A stretch of DNA of 64,000 nucleotides, taken from Eledone cirrhosa (lineage: Eukaryota). The notes under the pieces were generated by a model, which was given only the letters and a program-made list of their open reading frames with translations, had not been told where the DNA came from and did no database searches. The position numbers and the translations under genes are program-made. This document shows, in pieces, positions 1 to 12,689 of this stretch; within the stretch, counting starts at the first letter, position 1; each line of letters begins with the position of its first letter. Where the stretch lies: positions 59,768,001-59,832,000 of the forward strand of contig OZ024747.1 of the NCBI GenBank assembly GCA_964016885.1. The letters are read 5' to 3'.

Positions 1-436
1 AACACAAAATATTGATTTTGTGTTTAGACTACATGGTGTATTTTTTTCTTATAATGAATGCATGGGTAATTTTGTCATGGCATTTAGTAAAATATGTAAA
101 TAAATTGCAGTAAAGTCATCTAAGAGATTAACTCTTTTGATACCAAAATGCTTGAAACTGCCCTTGGTTCTTCAATACAAAGCTCGTTATTTTAAAGTGT
201 TTATATTTATCTAAAAACCTTCTGTCATAATGTTATGTAAAAACCTTTAAGTTTGGTTCCAAGCACAAATTTAATAATGAGGAAGATAGTTATATTACTA
301 AATCCCTTGATTATTTTCAAAATCATTTGAAAATAATAAGCAGTGTCTTTCATTAGAAATATAGTAATGAAAGGATTGATATGAATAAATGTGGCTACTT
401 CAGTTGACTTTGTGCTGTGTAGTGAATAAATATGTA

Positions 437-518
437 CAGTGCTGAATAAGACCCGTCCCACCCTTGCAAGCAGGGAAAAGCGGACGTAAAATGAAGATGA
501 TGATGATGATGATGATGT
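437..518 (+). mobile_element. RTE LINE extreme 3' end with (GAT)n tail
   Basis: gtgctgaataagacccgtcccacccttgcaagcagggaaaagcggacgtaaaa followed by (gat)n; near-exact reverse complement of the RTE 3' end at about 11090-11160. Confidence 0.8.
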
Positions 519-1399
519 TTATTTTGAAGTCACTCAGTTGTGTGCCATCTTATTGTCAGTTGTGCCAGGATGTTGTGATGGGAAATGCTGCAAGTTCAGT
601 TCTTGTTGCATACATTTCATATTCTCATATAAATTGCATATATCACTTTTTATTTAGTGATTGTTTTTATTTGTTTCTTTCTTTCTTTCAAAATATATAC
701 TTCTAAGGGTGGTGAATTGGTAGAATCATTAGAGCATTGAAAATAATGTCTTCTGTTAATTCTTTTGTCTTTTTACATTGTGAGTTCAACTCCTTCTAAG
801 GTCAATGTTGATAAAATAAAGTCTCTTTACTATTTCACCATGATACACACCTCAAGGAATTGTTCTGTTTACTAAATAGACACATGGTAAAGTCTTGGAT
901 ATGTAGGGAATTTATTAACCTTCATTGACTGAGACTATCCATGCAGTTATCAAACAAAATCACCTCCTAATATTAATATAATTCACTACTTCCTGCAACC
1001 TCCAATATTTCTGTCTTTGTGCCTACGCCAGAAACAATATATGCAGGTATAACTCACCCTATTGGTTCCAGGTTGAGGCATAAGTAAAAAAAAAAAATAA
1101 CGTATGTCGAATTACCCCCCTCCCCTATAAATTGCTAACAGGCATTTGCCAGTGCTGTACTTAAACGATAATTTATGCTGTATATTTTAGTATTTACTTA
1201 AATGTAAATTTTTATTTTTTTTTTATGGTTTAATATTTTTTGATTCTATAGTTTAATATTATGGTTTAATAACACAAGGTTTATTTTTGCTATATAATAT
1301 AAAAACCACTCGTACCACAACTTCAAAAGTGTTGAAACTTGAAACAATGTAAGTCAAGGTGTACCTGCATAATTTTAGTTCTTTAGCATATAGTTTTAA

Positions 1400-1630
1400 G
1401 GGTGTTGGAGTTATGATCATAATGTCATGGGTTTGATTCCTGGGTTGTGTGTTGTATTCTTGAGCAAAACACTTCATTTCATGTTGTTCCAGTATACTCA
1501 GCTGAAAATGAGTATCAGCAATAGCTGAGGGTTTAACTCTGCAATAGACTGGCATCCTGTCCACGGAGAAGTCTTGTACTCTGTGACTTCATGCCACAGA
1601 AACCAGGATAAGCATCAGACCTTTAGACTT
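1400..1630 (+). mobile_element. Degenerate tRNA-derived SINE, family A (CORE-like centre)
   Basis: B-box-like ggtttgattcctgg, then gtgttgtattcttgagcaaaacacttcatttc; related copies at about 12400-12655 (-), 18995-19258 (-), 26799-26960 (+), 63795-63990 (-). Confidence 0.65.
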
Positions 1631-2261
1631 TTACCATATAGTGTATTAGTTTTATCCTGTATAATATTATGAATCTTTATTCGAAAACCATTTTTGATTT
1701 AAATAAACAATCTATATTTAGAAATATTTAGTGGATTTGTATGTTATTGAAACTATCTTTTTTACTTTTTAAATAGTCTAAGTTAGACATATAAGACCCT
1801 GGAGATGGAAAAAGTGGACAACTTAGACTATTTTCAAAGCAAACAAATTGAGTTTCAATAAAATACATTTCAAATTTCTTGGTTCAATTTTTGTTTATGT
1901 CCCTAACATAGTTTGAAATGCTGATTTATTTAATTTACATTGCTAATATCCACTTTAAAAATATCAAAGGTACTTCTTAATCTCATATACTCTTCACCTC
2001 TTGCTGCTTTTGTCATCTCATAAATTTCATGCCTTGTGTCTAAAACATTTATTTCAACAATTTATATGTAAATAGTGATATTTATAAATAATCTAGCCAC
2101 TTCTATTAGCTTAGAAAAATAGATTCAGGATATTTAAAATATACAATGTTTTTTTTCTTTCTCATTCTCTATTTAATTTGATTGAGAAAGTTCACACAGT
2201 TACTAAATCTTTATATTCTAACAGAAAAATGAATACTCTGATTGATGCTTCATGGTCTTAA

Positions 2262-2465
2262 CCCTTTAATATTTACATTACTCTGTATTTACTTTTATAT
2301 TTTCACAGTAAAGATATTATTTCATATAATATCTAATCTACGAGATTTTAATATTATTTATTTTGAGAACAATAGCTTAACATCAATATGAGTGGTCAGT
2401 TTCAGCTGGTTTAGAAAGTGGTGAGAGAATGTTGACCAGATACGGCCAGTTTAAATGCTAAAGGG
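2262..2465. mobile_element. TTAA-targeting MITE (piggyBac-type)
   Basis: TTAA|CCCTTTAATATTTA ... TTTAAATGCTAAAGGG|TTAA; homologous copies at 35791-35997 and 53791-53907. Confidence 0.8.
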
Positions 2466-2659
2466 TTAATTTGATCTTGTGTTACATGATAAAACTGGGA
2501 CCCCTAACATGAAAACATGCAAGTAATATTTTATTAAATGTAACCTCATAGGTTAGCTAAACCTGTGCTGGTGTAGGCCACATCATTGTGGCATTAGTTG
2601 TCTTAAGTTTCTCTAGATTAGTTGTATTAAGTTTCTCTAGATCAACCATTTTGTGACCT

Positions 2660-3400
2660 CATCACCATCATCATCGTCGTTTAACGTCTATTTTCCACGC
2701 TAGCATGGGTTAGACAGGTTGTTCCATTTGAGGTAAATTGGGTCAGGTGACTATGTCTTACTCTTATTGAACTGTTTCTGGCTAGGTTTCTATGTCTAGA
2801 TGCCCTTTCTAATGCCAACAACATTTACAGTGTGTTCTGGGTGCTTTTTGTTATGACTTCTCCATGACCACTTTACTGTGTGTGCTGGGTGCTTTTTATT
2901 ATGACTCCTCCATGACCACTTTACAGTGTGGGCTGGGTGCTTTTTGTTATGACTCCTCCATGACCACTTTACAGTGTGGGCTGGGTGCTTTTTGTTATGA
3001 CTTCTCCATGACCACTTTACAGTGTGGGCTGGGTGCTTTTTGTTATGACTCCTCCATGACCACTTTACAGTGTGGGCTGGGTGCTTTTTATTATGACTCC
3101 TCCATGACCACTTTACAGTGTGGGCTGGGTGCTTTTTGTTATGACTTCTCCATGACCACTTTACAGTGTGGGCTGGGTGCTTTTTGTTATGACTCCTCCA
3201 TGACCACTTTACAGTGTGGGCTGGGTGCTTTTTGTTATGACTCCTCCATGAACACTTACAGTGTGGGCTGCGTGCTTTTTGTCCTGACACCTACACAACC
3301 ACTTTACAATGTGGGCTGGATATGTTTTGTTCACATTTTAAGGGTGATGTGGACAGGAATGGTTGTAGTGGTTAAGAGGTGCCTACTAGGTGTATGTGCA
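2660..3400 (-). mobile_element. RTE 3'UTR fragment with about 10 tandem copies of the 48-bp module
   Basis: (CAT)n tail plus tttaacgtc...ccacgctagcatgggtt RTE terminus; unit atgaccactttacagtgtgggctgggtgctttttgttatgactcctcc repeated about 2822-3330 (16-aa period in the ORF track). Confidence 0.85.
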
Positions 3401-4737
3401 TATGGGAAGACATGTCTTCTCTATTACTACGTAACACCAAAGATCTCGAACTTGTATCTTGTCTTTGGGAGGTTCAGTTGCACAACGTCAGCTTTTATAT
3501 ATAATTAAATACATTCTATTTTAATTGAAGAATTTTGAGGGCATTAAACATTTTAATTATTTCATTACTAAGATAGTAATTTAAACTATGGTTCTCATAT
3601 AAAATTTTGTAGGAAGATAAATATGAAAGAAAACAACCCACATAAATGGGATTTGTTTCATAGAACCAGAGCCTGTTTTGTCCATATTAGTATTAGAAGA
3701 GTTACAGACTTGGAGGTAATTAAGGCAAATTATGTAAAGCAAGATGAAAGGCCCTTCTTCAGTTTGTGTTAGTGATACTAATAATAATGCTTTCTGACTT
3801 AGGCACAAGGCCAGCAATTACCCAGTGCATTACTGGTACTTAATGCTTTCTGACTTAGGCACAAGGCCAACAATTTCGGGGGTAGGGGAAAGTTGATTAA
3901 ATCGACCCAGTGCATTACTGGTACTTTATTTTATTGACTCTATAAGGATGAAAAACAAAGCTAACATCAGCAGGATTTGAACTCAGAACATAAAGGGATA
4001 TAACTATAATAATAAATCTAAATCTTTCATTGTTATTTAGCTTACAAATACTTTGACATTATTCTAACAGGCATAATTCCAAGATTTTATTTCATGATAC
4101 CAAACCTGGTTACTATTTTAGGATTTCAATAAATTTAGCTTTTTTCTTTCACAGATAAGAACCATTTTAGAGAACAAAATATATGAAAAGTGATAGACTT
4201 TTAAATTCTCAAGAGGAATAGTAATTATATTCTAAATTGACACTTTACAATTCAAAGTTAGATTATCTGATGTTATTTATTGGACAGAGAAATATCTTGT
4301 ATTGATTTCATGTTGTTGAACCTCCGTTGATGAGTGTACCAGTTGTTAGAATAACAGAATAGACTGTTCAAGGAATTTAACAGTTCAGTCCCAGTTCTGT
4401 GCCAGTTCATCCCTAGTTGAGCATTCTTCTGACATATGCACTCTTAATGGAATTATCAGGAAGGGGCTTCAGAATGATACAGTGTGTGACTAGTCTTGTC
4501 ATTTAAGTTACAGAGAGACCTCATTTTTCCCCATTGGAGGGGATTACAGCATTGCAAAATATGTCTATTGCAAGGTATTGAACTCATGACTCTATGATTG
4601 CAAGCTGGACACCCTAATCACTGAGCCACATGGCTTCACATTGATTTCATATGATGTGGTAAGGTAGATAGTTTTCCTGAATCAAGGTGGCACAATATAA
4701 TATAGTATATGTTGGGTCTGTTTACAGAGAGTTTGAT

Positions 4738-4857
4738 CATCATCATCATCATCATTTTACATCCGCTTTTCCCTGCTTGCAAGGGTTGGACGGGTCCTAT
4801 TCAGCACAGCATCTCTCCACCCATCACGGTCCTTTGTCATCTCCTCCGTGAGTTTCA
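4738..4857 (-). mobile_element. RTE 3' end fragment
   Basis: (CAT)n followed by sequence close to 11095-11207. Confidence 0.75.
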
Positions 4858-4892
4858 AAGGAAATAATTTAGAATATCATGAATAACTAATA

Positions 4893-5065
4893 TTCACCGG
4901 TCACTGTCAAGACCTCAGACATACTTGGACTCAAACTACCGAGCTTCTCTGCAAGATTGGAACATCAGCAGCTCATCTGAGGAAAGAGCCCCAGGAAATG
5001 GGGTGGCTGTTGCAGTGGGTGTCCCTGACCATTGTCTGCAGAAATGCATTTGCGGTCTTGTCTGT
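4893..5065 (+). mobile_element. Decayed C-terminal restriction-like endonuclease region of a CRE-type non-LTR retrotransposon
   Basis: Frameshifted translation PVTVKTSDILGLK / TTELLCKIGTSAAHLRKEPQEMGWLLQWVSLTIVCRNAFAVLS resembles the CRE C-terminal pattern PVAVET.G..G...WL.QRLS.AV.RGNA; homologous to about 30110-30265. Confidence 0.55.
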
Positions 5066-5439
5066 GGGACACAGGCCCCAACACCACCATGCCTTAGGCC
5101 TAGAGCCAATCACCCTCCCATTCTTCTGTGACCCCAGAGCCATTGCCCTTCCCTTCATTTTCCGTTTTTAAATATCTGTAGTGTTGTCATTTGAAATAGA
5201 TTTGTTGACAAATTTCTTTTTTATATACAACTGTGATCAGATTGATCAATTATGGAAAATAGTTTGAATTTCTGGAAAATATTGACTCTCTTATTCCTTA
5301 TAGTGGTGTGTAGTGTGGTGTGTATGTGTATTGTGTGTAGTGTGATGTGTATGTGTATGAATGTGCTGTGTATGAATGTGCTGTGTATGTAAATAGTTGT
5401 TAAATTTGTAATACACTAGAAGGTTAATTTTTGGTATTA

Positions 5440-5900
5440 GTATTGCTTATGGTTGGGCATCAGGCAACATGCTTTGCAGCATAGTTATGGCCCTTTACAC
5501 TCTGAGGTCAAATCTTGCTGAGGTTAGCTTTGCCTTTCATCCTTACGGGGTTGATAAAATAAAGTACCAGTAATGCACTGAGGGTTGATTTAATCAATTT
5601 CCCTTCCTCCAAGATTGTTGTCCTTGTGCCTAAATCAGAAACCATTATTGCTTTTGGTGAAAATATTGAGGAAGTATTGAACGGATTCACTGTCATTATT
5701 GATTGCTCAAGGGCGGTGGATTGGCAGTATCAGTAGAGAGTCGGACGCCATGCTTTCCAGCATAGTTACGTCCCTTTACGGTCTGAGTTCAAATCCCGCC
5801 GAGGTTAACTTTGCCTTTCATCCTTACGGGGTCGATAAAATAAAGTACCAGTAATGTATTGGGTAATTGCTGGCCTTGTGCCAAAAGTAGAAACAATTAT
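5440..5900 (+). mobile_element. Two tandem copies of tRNA-derived SINE family B
   Basis: Head ggcggtggattggcagtatc, B box gagttcaaatccc, core gccgaggttaactttgcctttcatccttacggggtcgataaaataaagtaccag (resembles the Meta/Sauria-SINE core), tail ggccttgtgccaaaagtagaaac. Confidence 0.85.
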
Positions 5901-5924
5901 TGATTGCTCAATGTTAGTCACTCA

Positions 5925-6143
5925 TTGTTATCATCATCATCACTGTTGTCACCATCATCATCATCATCATCATTGTAATCGCCATCATCATCATCGTCAT
6001 CACCATCATCATCATCATCATCGTCATCAACATCATTGTCATCACTATCGTTATCATTACCAGCATTGTCATAATCATCATAATTGTCATTGTTATATTC
6101 ATTGTATTCATCATCAGCATCGTCATCATAATCACTGCCATCA
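5925..6143. repeat. Imperfect (CAT)n microsatellite
   Basis: Direct inspection; gives spurious poly-His/Asp/Met ORFs. Confidence 0.95.
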
Positions 6144-8109
6144 GATATTGAAATATAACTCCACTGAACCCAAAACAAACAAAACATGTATAAAAACTCC
6201 TATCTGCTTATTTATATTCTGTGAATAATGTGTAACTTCTCATAAAAATATTCCATCTAACTTTCATTTCAGTTTGCTTAGTATGTCTAAAATAAATGAA
6301 TAAATAAAATGAAACATGATTGATATTTCTATCAACTTTGAGAATAATAAATATAGTTGGAAACCAAGCCAACAGATTTACTGATAGAACGACAGCCCTA
6401 CGTTGGAAGCCACTGATTATCGTTTTCTGTCCAACTTTAGGATATTATTGTTGAAAAATATTTACAAAATTTGATATAAATTTTTTTTTTGCTATCATCA
6501 CATAATTATTGTTCGAAATTTGAGATTGAAGAAATCTGTACATGACCAACATGATATTTCAGCTTCATTGGCAATAGAATTGGCATGCATTGTTCTGGAA
6601 TAGAGATGCTTTTCTCCACATGAGCAGATAATTTTCCAAGTAATTGCAGAGCTATAAGATTGAACTGTCGACTCTAAACTAATCGTTAAAATCTAAATAA
6701 TTAAATTTTTTGCTTGCCTCATTGCATATTTGTATATCAGGTGAGTGCATTGAGAAATGAAGCACTCAATTCATACTAGCAGCAGAGAACACAAAAACAC
6801 TGAAGGTTTATAAATTTCTAAAGCATTAATTTGTGTAGGGAAGTGTCTTCTAATTTTAGATCTGATTAATCAAGTTGAATGCATGTAATTATGTTATACT
6901 TAAGAATGACATTGCTTGGTGGAGATTGCTTGAGGCTTGTTAATATCTAAATAGCTTAAGGTGCAATTAATATATTAATTGTTGTAAATAATTCAATAAT
7001 TTTGAGATAGAATACTTAGAATACTTTCTTTGGCATGATAATTTTTAAAAACAGAATGTTTTGCAGGGAAATATTTTGAATAACAGATTTTTCCTTTTAG
7101 AAAGAATAGGCACTTGAATATTTGGAACTATTGAAAATAAAAATAAGATTCAGGTTTTAGTTGATTAAATTTCTTAGCTTGATATCAGAAAGACCATTAT
7201 GTAGAGACTGAAAATAATTAAAATTTTTATGTTTAGAAATTAATGTTTTATTGTAAAATGAGAAGCTTAAAAACAAATGTTGAAATGTAAGAAAGAGTTT
7301 TATGAGGTAATTGTGTGTGAATTTGGCTTCTTTATATGTTGCTATTAGAAAATTGAATATATAGCCTACTTTTTGTTACTTAGTTTCAAATACTTCACAC
7401 TGTCTGAATACCACAGGGATAAAAGAATGAATGTTAAGTTATATTGCTGTTATATCTCCATTAAATCTAAGGTTTCCTGGTTAATTCAAAAAATCATTAT
7501 TTATGTGAGTAACATTCGACTTTTATGTTATCGTAAATATTCAATTAACTTGGATTGTAAAGTTGAAACCAAAACCTAACTTGTTAAATTATGAGGCAAA
7601 TATTATCATGAAGAATTCTAGGTTTAGTTGATGTGGAATTTAAAATTTTCTGAAATTGGGTTAAAATTAGGGAAGATATCTGATTGAAGAGACAGATATG
7701 TAATCGGTAAATCAATAGAGTGAAATGTAAGTTTCTAGGTTATTTTCAATTAAGAACATGAAATTTAAGGAGAATTGTTGCCTCAAGGCTGTGGATGGTA
7801 GTGTTTAGGATGTATCTTCTGAAATAAGCTGATAAGATTAGAAAATTAAGGAGGAGTAACACAAAATAGACTATAAAAGGACAGTTATTAAAATGTCACC
7901 TCTTTTCTGTAGCTGGTACTAATATGGTTGCTTGCTTGTGCAGATTGCAGTCCCACTGAGAATATATAGTTTTCTCATCTGTGTAAATAAGTTGAGCCAA
8001 CTTATGCAGCTTCATATCCAAATGAGATTAATCACCTCATTTACACAGACGAGAAAACTATATATATTCTCGGCTGTCTTCAAGTCCAACAGTTGCAAGC
8101 GGTGGGAGG

Positions 8110-8155
8110 AATCATCCTGACGATGGCCAGTCAAGCCTGAAATGCATAGACGGTT
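8110..8155 (+). ncRNA. Minimal type I hammerhead ribozyme motif (PLE-type), decayed
   Basis: aatcatc-CTGACGA-tggccagtcaagcct-GAAA-tgca-TA-gacggtt; palindromic stem III ATGCAT, stem II GGC/GCC, stem I 6 of 7 pairs (one G-U). Confidence 0.65.
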
Positions 8156-8320
8156 GTCCCCCTTGCTTCTGTTGGACACCACCAGAGGGCGTTAGCCCCC
8201 CCCCCCCCCCCGGTGTTTGCATAGCTACAGCTTCCTAAAACTGTATTTCTTTAGAAATACGAAATTTCTCTCTCTCTCTCTCTCTCTCTAGTAGTTTCAC
8301 AACAATTAGTTCACCATACT

Positions 8321-8357
8321 GAGAACAAATGTCTCACCTTAAGTGGATCTTCAGCTC
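8321..8357 (-). ncRNA. Hammerhead motif in the PLE 3' terminal repeat (GAAA mutated to GAGA)
   Basis: Minus strand gag-CTGAAGA-tccacttaaggt-GAGA-catttg-TT-ctc. Confidence 0.6.
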
Positions 8358-10583
8358 GGTCTGAGTGAAGTTGTACAAAAAAGGAAAAACAACTGTATGA
8401 ATATGCATGCACAGAAACGGTCACTTCTCCTAGGTGATATAATCTCCTAGGTGATATAATGTAAGGGAGATAACTGCGAATATCCGGAGTAAATTATTCA
8501 AGTTCATCAGAGTATTATAATGTTGATGTTATTCAATCTAGAGCATTGTAATTATGCAAGAGGTGTTTCCAGGTGTGTGGATAACGTGAGAAAAGCTCAT
8601 TCCTTGAATTTAGGCAATTGTTATTGTGTAATCTTCTCAGGATATTGATCCTTTCTTCAATGCAGTGTCCACAAGATGGATTACCCCTTGCGTATGGCTT
8701 GGACTTAGTGATAGCTTTCCATTGGATGGAGTAGTCTACGCCTAAGTCTTTGAGTGACCATACGTGGCTCACAAGTTTCGTGGATGATCGTTTGTCTGGG
8801 TATCTAAAGGTCGACTGATGGTTCAGGAAGTGTGCCTTAAACTGGCCCTCTACCATACCTACATAGGATTTAACCTCTTGTTGTTGATTTAGTCAGTTGG
8901 AAGTGACCACAGCTTCATAAATTACAGTGGGTGTGTTGCATTGTTGTTGAAGGGGACAAGCTACAGGCTGATGGGGTGCTTATCTTAGGGCTGTTGGTGA
9001 TGTGGGCCTTCATATTCTTAGCATAGGAGTATCCTAGTTTCACCCTGTGTCAGTTAAAGATGGAGCGGTATTTGTAACCTATGAGTAAGTGTCTATCTAA
9101 GAGAGCTAAAAATATTTTCCTACATTAGTTTTAATGTTGAGTGAGAAGGGGGAGAGAACCAGATAATTTGTCTATTGGTACGATTCCTTTTCTTATTGTT
9201 GTTGGTGTTAACAGGGGAATAAGTAATTGGTTGCGAGAAGCTGCTGATAGCTAATGCCGCATTGTTGTAGGGTGCCGCTCTGTCAAAGATTGCTTTATTA
9301 GAGAAGAGGTTAGAGATTCTAGTACTGATATTATTCATGAAGTTTCTAAAAACTAAAGGAGGGTGACATGAGTCCTTGTGTATGTAACTTTTTCATATAG
9401 TTTATGGAAGGATCTGAAGGTGTGTGCGAAGGTCTAAATTTATGTCTAAGTAATCTACGCTAGTGAGGTTGATAATTACCATTATCCAAAGTCCTAACTC
9501 ATTAAAAGTAGAAATTAAATCTTTTTTAAACCGGTCCAGGTTGTGACCACTTGTATGGCTCGATAGGGTCAAACCATCGTCATGGTATAAACCGGTGTGG
9601 AAGTTCGGGAATTTAGTACGTAACGTATCTAAAATAAATAAGCCAACCAAGTCGCATTCATCAGCACTATCGAATGATCCCATTGAGATGTCGAATAGTT
9701 CTGATGTGGTTGGCTTCTTTGTCCAGGCTACTCCGTTGTTGAAGAGGAGGGTTTTCCGGAAATGTGCGATGATCTCTCTGTCTAAATCATGGACGTTAGT
9801 GTAAGTGGTAGCAAAGTCCAATGCTTTGTGTCAACAGGGTCACTGAGATCGACGGGTAAAAATCCAAAATGTCAAATTGCGTGAACTTCGCTTTTTTGGA
9901 GTTGAAGGAGTTAAACCACTTAATGACGGAGTCGTTGTTCTCCCACTGGGACAGGTTGGACTTGGTCCTAATGGTCTTAACTATGTTTCTAAGTATGGCC
10001 TTACTGACTACTCTGATCTCCGTGTGTGCTGGGTTTAGTAGTCTACACATGGGATTAGAAGCAAAGTCTACCTTGTGATCCTTCAGGGTGAGAAACGCCT
10101 CACGCTTAGCTAAGCATTGAAATTTCTTATCTACCTTAAGGGCGGCAGCAAGGTCTTTGGCTTCTGTATTAATGTCGTGGTAGGCTGTGGGGTTAGCCGT
10201 CTTATATTTAGAGGTTATGGTGTTACATGCCAAGTGGCTGTAAGCAGCGTTGTCGACTTTGTAAATATTATTATTTTTATCAGAAAGGATGAAAGTGTTA
10301 TTGGAAGACCTAAATTTTTTAATGTCATTTGTTTTGGAAGGTGCTAGAGTGTTTGTGAAAGGAAATGTTAGTGACTAAGTCAAGAAGGTCCACTTCGAAA
10401 GGAACGAGCTCAATTACCTTAGGAGGGATGGCTCACGATTTCAGGCTGAAAGTATTATTGGTGCCTGTAATTTTACCATCAAAAGCTTGGGCTCACCATC
10501 TTAAGCGTTTGATGACATCTTCTGCTTCCTGTAGGAGAAGCTTTAAATAAATATGGTTGGAGGGAGTGGGAATATTCTTCATG

Positions 10584-10620
10584 GAGCTGAAGATCCGCTT
10601 AATGTGAAACATTTGTTCTC
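10584..10620 (+). ncRNA. Hammerhead motif in the inverted PLE terminal repeat
   Basis: gag-CTGAAGA-tccgcttaatgt-GAAA-catttg-TT-ctc; stem I GAG/CTC, stem III ACA/TGT, stem II weak. Confidence 0.65.
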
Positions 10621-10740
10621 AGTATGGTGAACTAACTGTTGTGGAACTACTTCTACCAAACTTGTCCCATGGACTGAGTGGTCTACTACTACGGATATAA
10701 CCCTCCAGTGTTCTATTATATATATATATATATATATATA

Positions 10741-10868
10741 TAGGAAAAGAGTCAGGACCCTGACGGCTGAGCTCCGGCCGTTTCAATGAGTCCCACTCTA
10801 CTACCCATAGTATCGAGTACTCTGGCGCATTATGGTCCTCCTGGTTCCTTACCACACTTCCTTCGTTA
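10741..10868. mobile_element. Short unclassified element embedded in (TA)n
   Basis: Homologous to 22137-22330 (taggaaaa...gacggc.gagctc..gccgtttcaa; cccactctactacc...taccacac.tccttc); both flanked by (TA)n. Confidence 0.65.
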
Positions 10869-10987
10869 TATATATATGTATATATATATATATATATATA
10901 TGTAAAAGGTAAACAGAAATAACAACACAATCGGTACAGTATATGGAAGGGATATATTAGTTTAATGCATGATATAGCAGAAAGAGG

Positions 10988-11025
10988 GTCTTAACGTTTC
11001 GGACGCTAGTCCTTCATCAGAACAA
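10988..11025 (-). ncRNA. Minimal hammerhead ribozyme motif in a ~180-bp island between (TA)n tracts
   Basis: Minus strand tt-CTGATGA-a-GGAC-tagc-GTCC-GAAA-cgtt-aa; perfect 4-bp stem II, palindromic AACGTT stem III region, weak stem I. Confidence 0.7.
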
Positions 11026-11087
11026 AGAATGAAAAATAAATAAGATAGATTGAGGGGAAGGGCAGGATGGAATTGTCATATATATAT

Positions 11088-11955
11088 ATCATCATCATCA
11101 TCATTTTACGTTCGCTTTTCCCTGCTTGCAAGGGTGGGACGGGTCTTATTCAGCACAGCATCTCTCCACTCGTCACGGTCCCTCGTCATCTCCACTGTGA
11201 GCTTCAATGATCTGTGGTCTGTTCTCACCACCTCCGCCCATGTTTTTCGTGGTCTACCTCTACCACGTCTTCCTTCAACTGGCACTTCTTCACCCATCGG
11301 TCATCCTCCATGCGCATCACATGTCCATACCACCTCAGTCTCCTCTCCCGTACACTACATTCTATCTCTCTCAGACACAGTTTCTCTCTCAACACATTTA
11401 TGCTGGGTCGTTCACGCACATTGACATTGCACATCCAATGGAGCATGCTTGCCTCATTTTTCTCCAGCCGTCGCATATCCTCTGCAGTTGCTGCCCATGT
11501 CTCACTACCATGCAGGATCGCGCTCCTCACACAGGCATCATATAACTAACCTTTCGTACGCAGGGAGAAACCCTTCTTCGTCAACAGAGGAAGCAGCTCC
11601 CTAAACTTCTTCCAACCCGTCCTTATTCTAGATACTATGGCCTCGGAACACCCTCCTCCCATGCTAATCTGATCTCCTAGGTACCGGAAGCTATCCACCA
11701 CTTCTATAGCGTCCTCTTGCATTTGAAAAATGTGTCTATCAGTGCGACTTCTACTGTCTAATTTCCCTGTACATCTACTGCATACATATTTCTCCCTACC
11801 TGTTAGTTTGCCTGCTATCCCGCTACATATCTTGTGTACCCAGGATCTGCATTGTGTGCATTTTATAGAATTTATGCCAGTTCCTTTTCTGCATATCGAA
11901 CATGGCCATTTCCCTGACGGAATCAGGGTTTTGTCCTCTTTTCTACTCATCAACA
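11088..11955 (-). mobile_element. 5'-truncated RTE LINE (second subfamily) with PHD-like finger and RT thumb; stop codon and small deletion
   Basis: WPCSICRKGTGINSIKCTQCRSWVHKICSG...CSRC, VDSFRYLG, LHGSETW, RRLRWYGHV, RGRGRPRKTW; (CAT)n tail. Confidence 0.9.
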
Positions 11956-12399
11956 CTTATATATATATATATATTTTCCAACAGCTGATGAAGCAGAAGG
12001 GGCATTTTTTTTTTTTTTTTAAAGCTTACACTTAATACAAATAAGGACAGGATTTTTTTACATCAAGGTTTACTCCTCTAGGTGGACATAACCCTGCTGA
12101 GGGTGGCAACCAGGGTCCTATATCTTGTCAAAGGACAACCTGTGAAATATTTACAGCTAACACTCATATCTGAAAACTGCTCCACTATCCACCACATGAA
12201 GATTTGGTACAACTACAGATTTATTTGACTCATAAATATCTTGGCTGGAACTTGGCCTAACTACAATGTTAACTGTTTCTTACATCTACAAACGTCATAG
12301 TAACTATTGATTCTTGGCATATTTACTGCTAAACCTCATATCTGATGATCACTTCTCTAGCCATCTGTTTGACTCATAGATGGCCTGGGTGAGAGCCTG

Positions 12400-12655
12400 T
12401 CTTAAGCTGGTGCTTATCCTGGTTTCGTGGCGTGAAGTGACTGAGTATGCAAGAATCCCCACTGGACAGGACGCCAGTCCATTGCAGGGTTAACCCCCCC
12501 CCCCCCCCCTCAGCTATTACTGGTACTCATTATACTGGAGAATTGTGAAATGAAATGATTTGCTCAAAAACACAGTATGCAACCCAGCTTAGGAATCAAA
12601 CCCATGACATCATGATTGTAAGTTCACCACACTTACCACTGGGGCAATACATGGT
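12400..12655 (-). mobile_element. SINE family A copy
   Basis: Homologous to 18995-19258. Confidence 0.75.
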
Positions 12656-12689
12656 CTAACTAATTAACTATGATGTTTATTACATCTGT

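Larger units (their letters stand above)
8291..10716 (-). mobile_element. Penelope-like retroelement (RT + GIY-YIG endonuclease), frameshifted, with an inverted terminal-repeat copy at its 5' side
   Basis: N-terminal SMKNIPTPS...KRLRW; RT motifs TLKDHK, CRLLNP, QFDILDFYPSI, MGSFDSA, GLYHDDGL, DYLDINLDL; C-terminal IIWFSPP, STKLVSHVWSLK, C..C.EE, LNSRNEL; 8291-8357 is inverted at 10584-10650. Confidence 0.9.

Noticed and set aside
2796-3508. 164- and 214-aa repeat ORFs
   Set aside because: Translations of the 48-bp module array
5854-6228. Poly-His/Asp/Met ORFs
   Set aside because: (CAT)n microsatellite
8470-8515. Additional minus-strand CTGATGA after the PLE stop codon as a hammerhead
   Set aside because: No GAAA box or convincing stems
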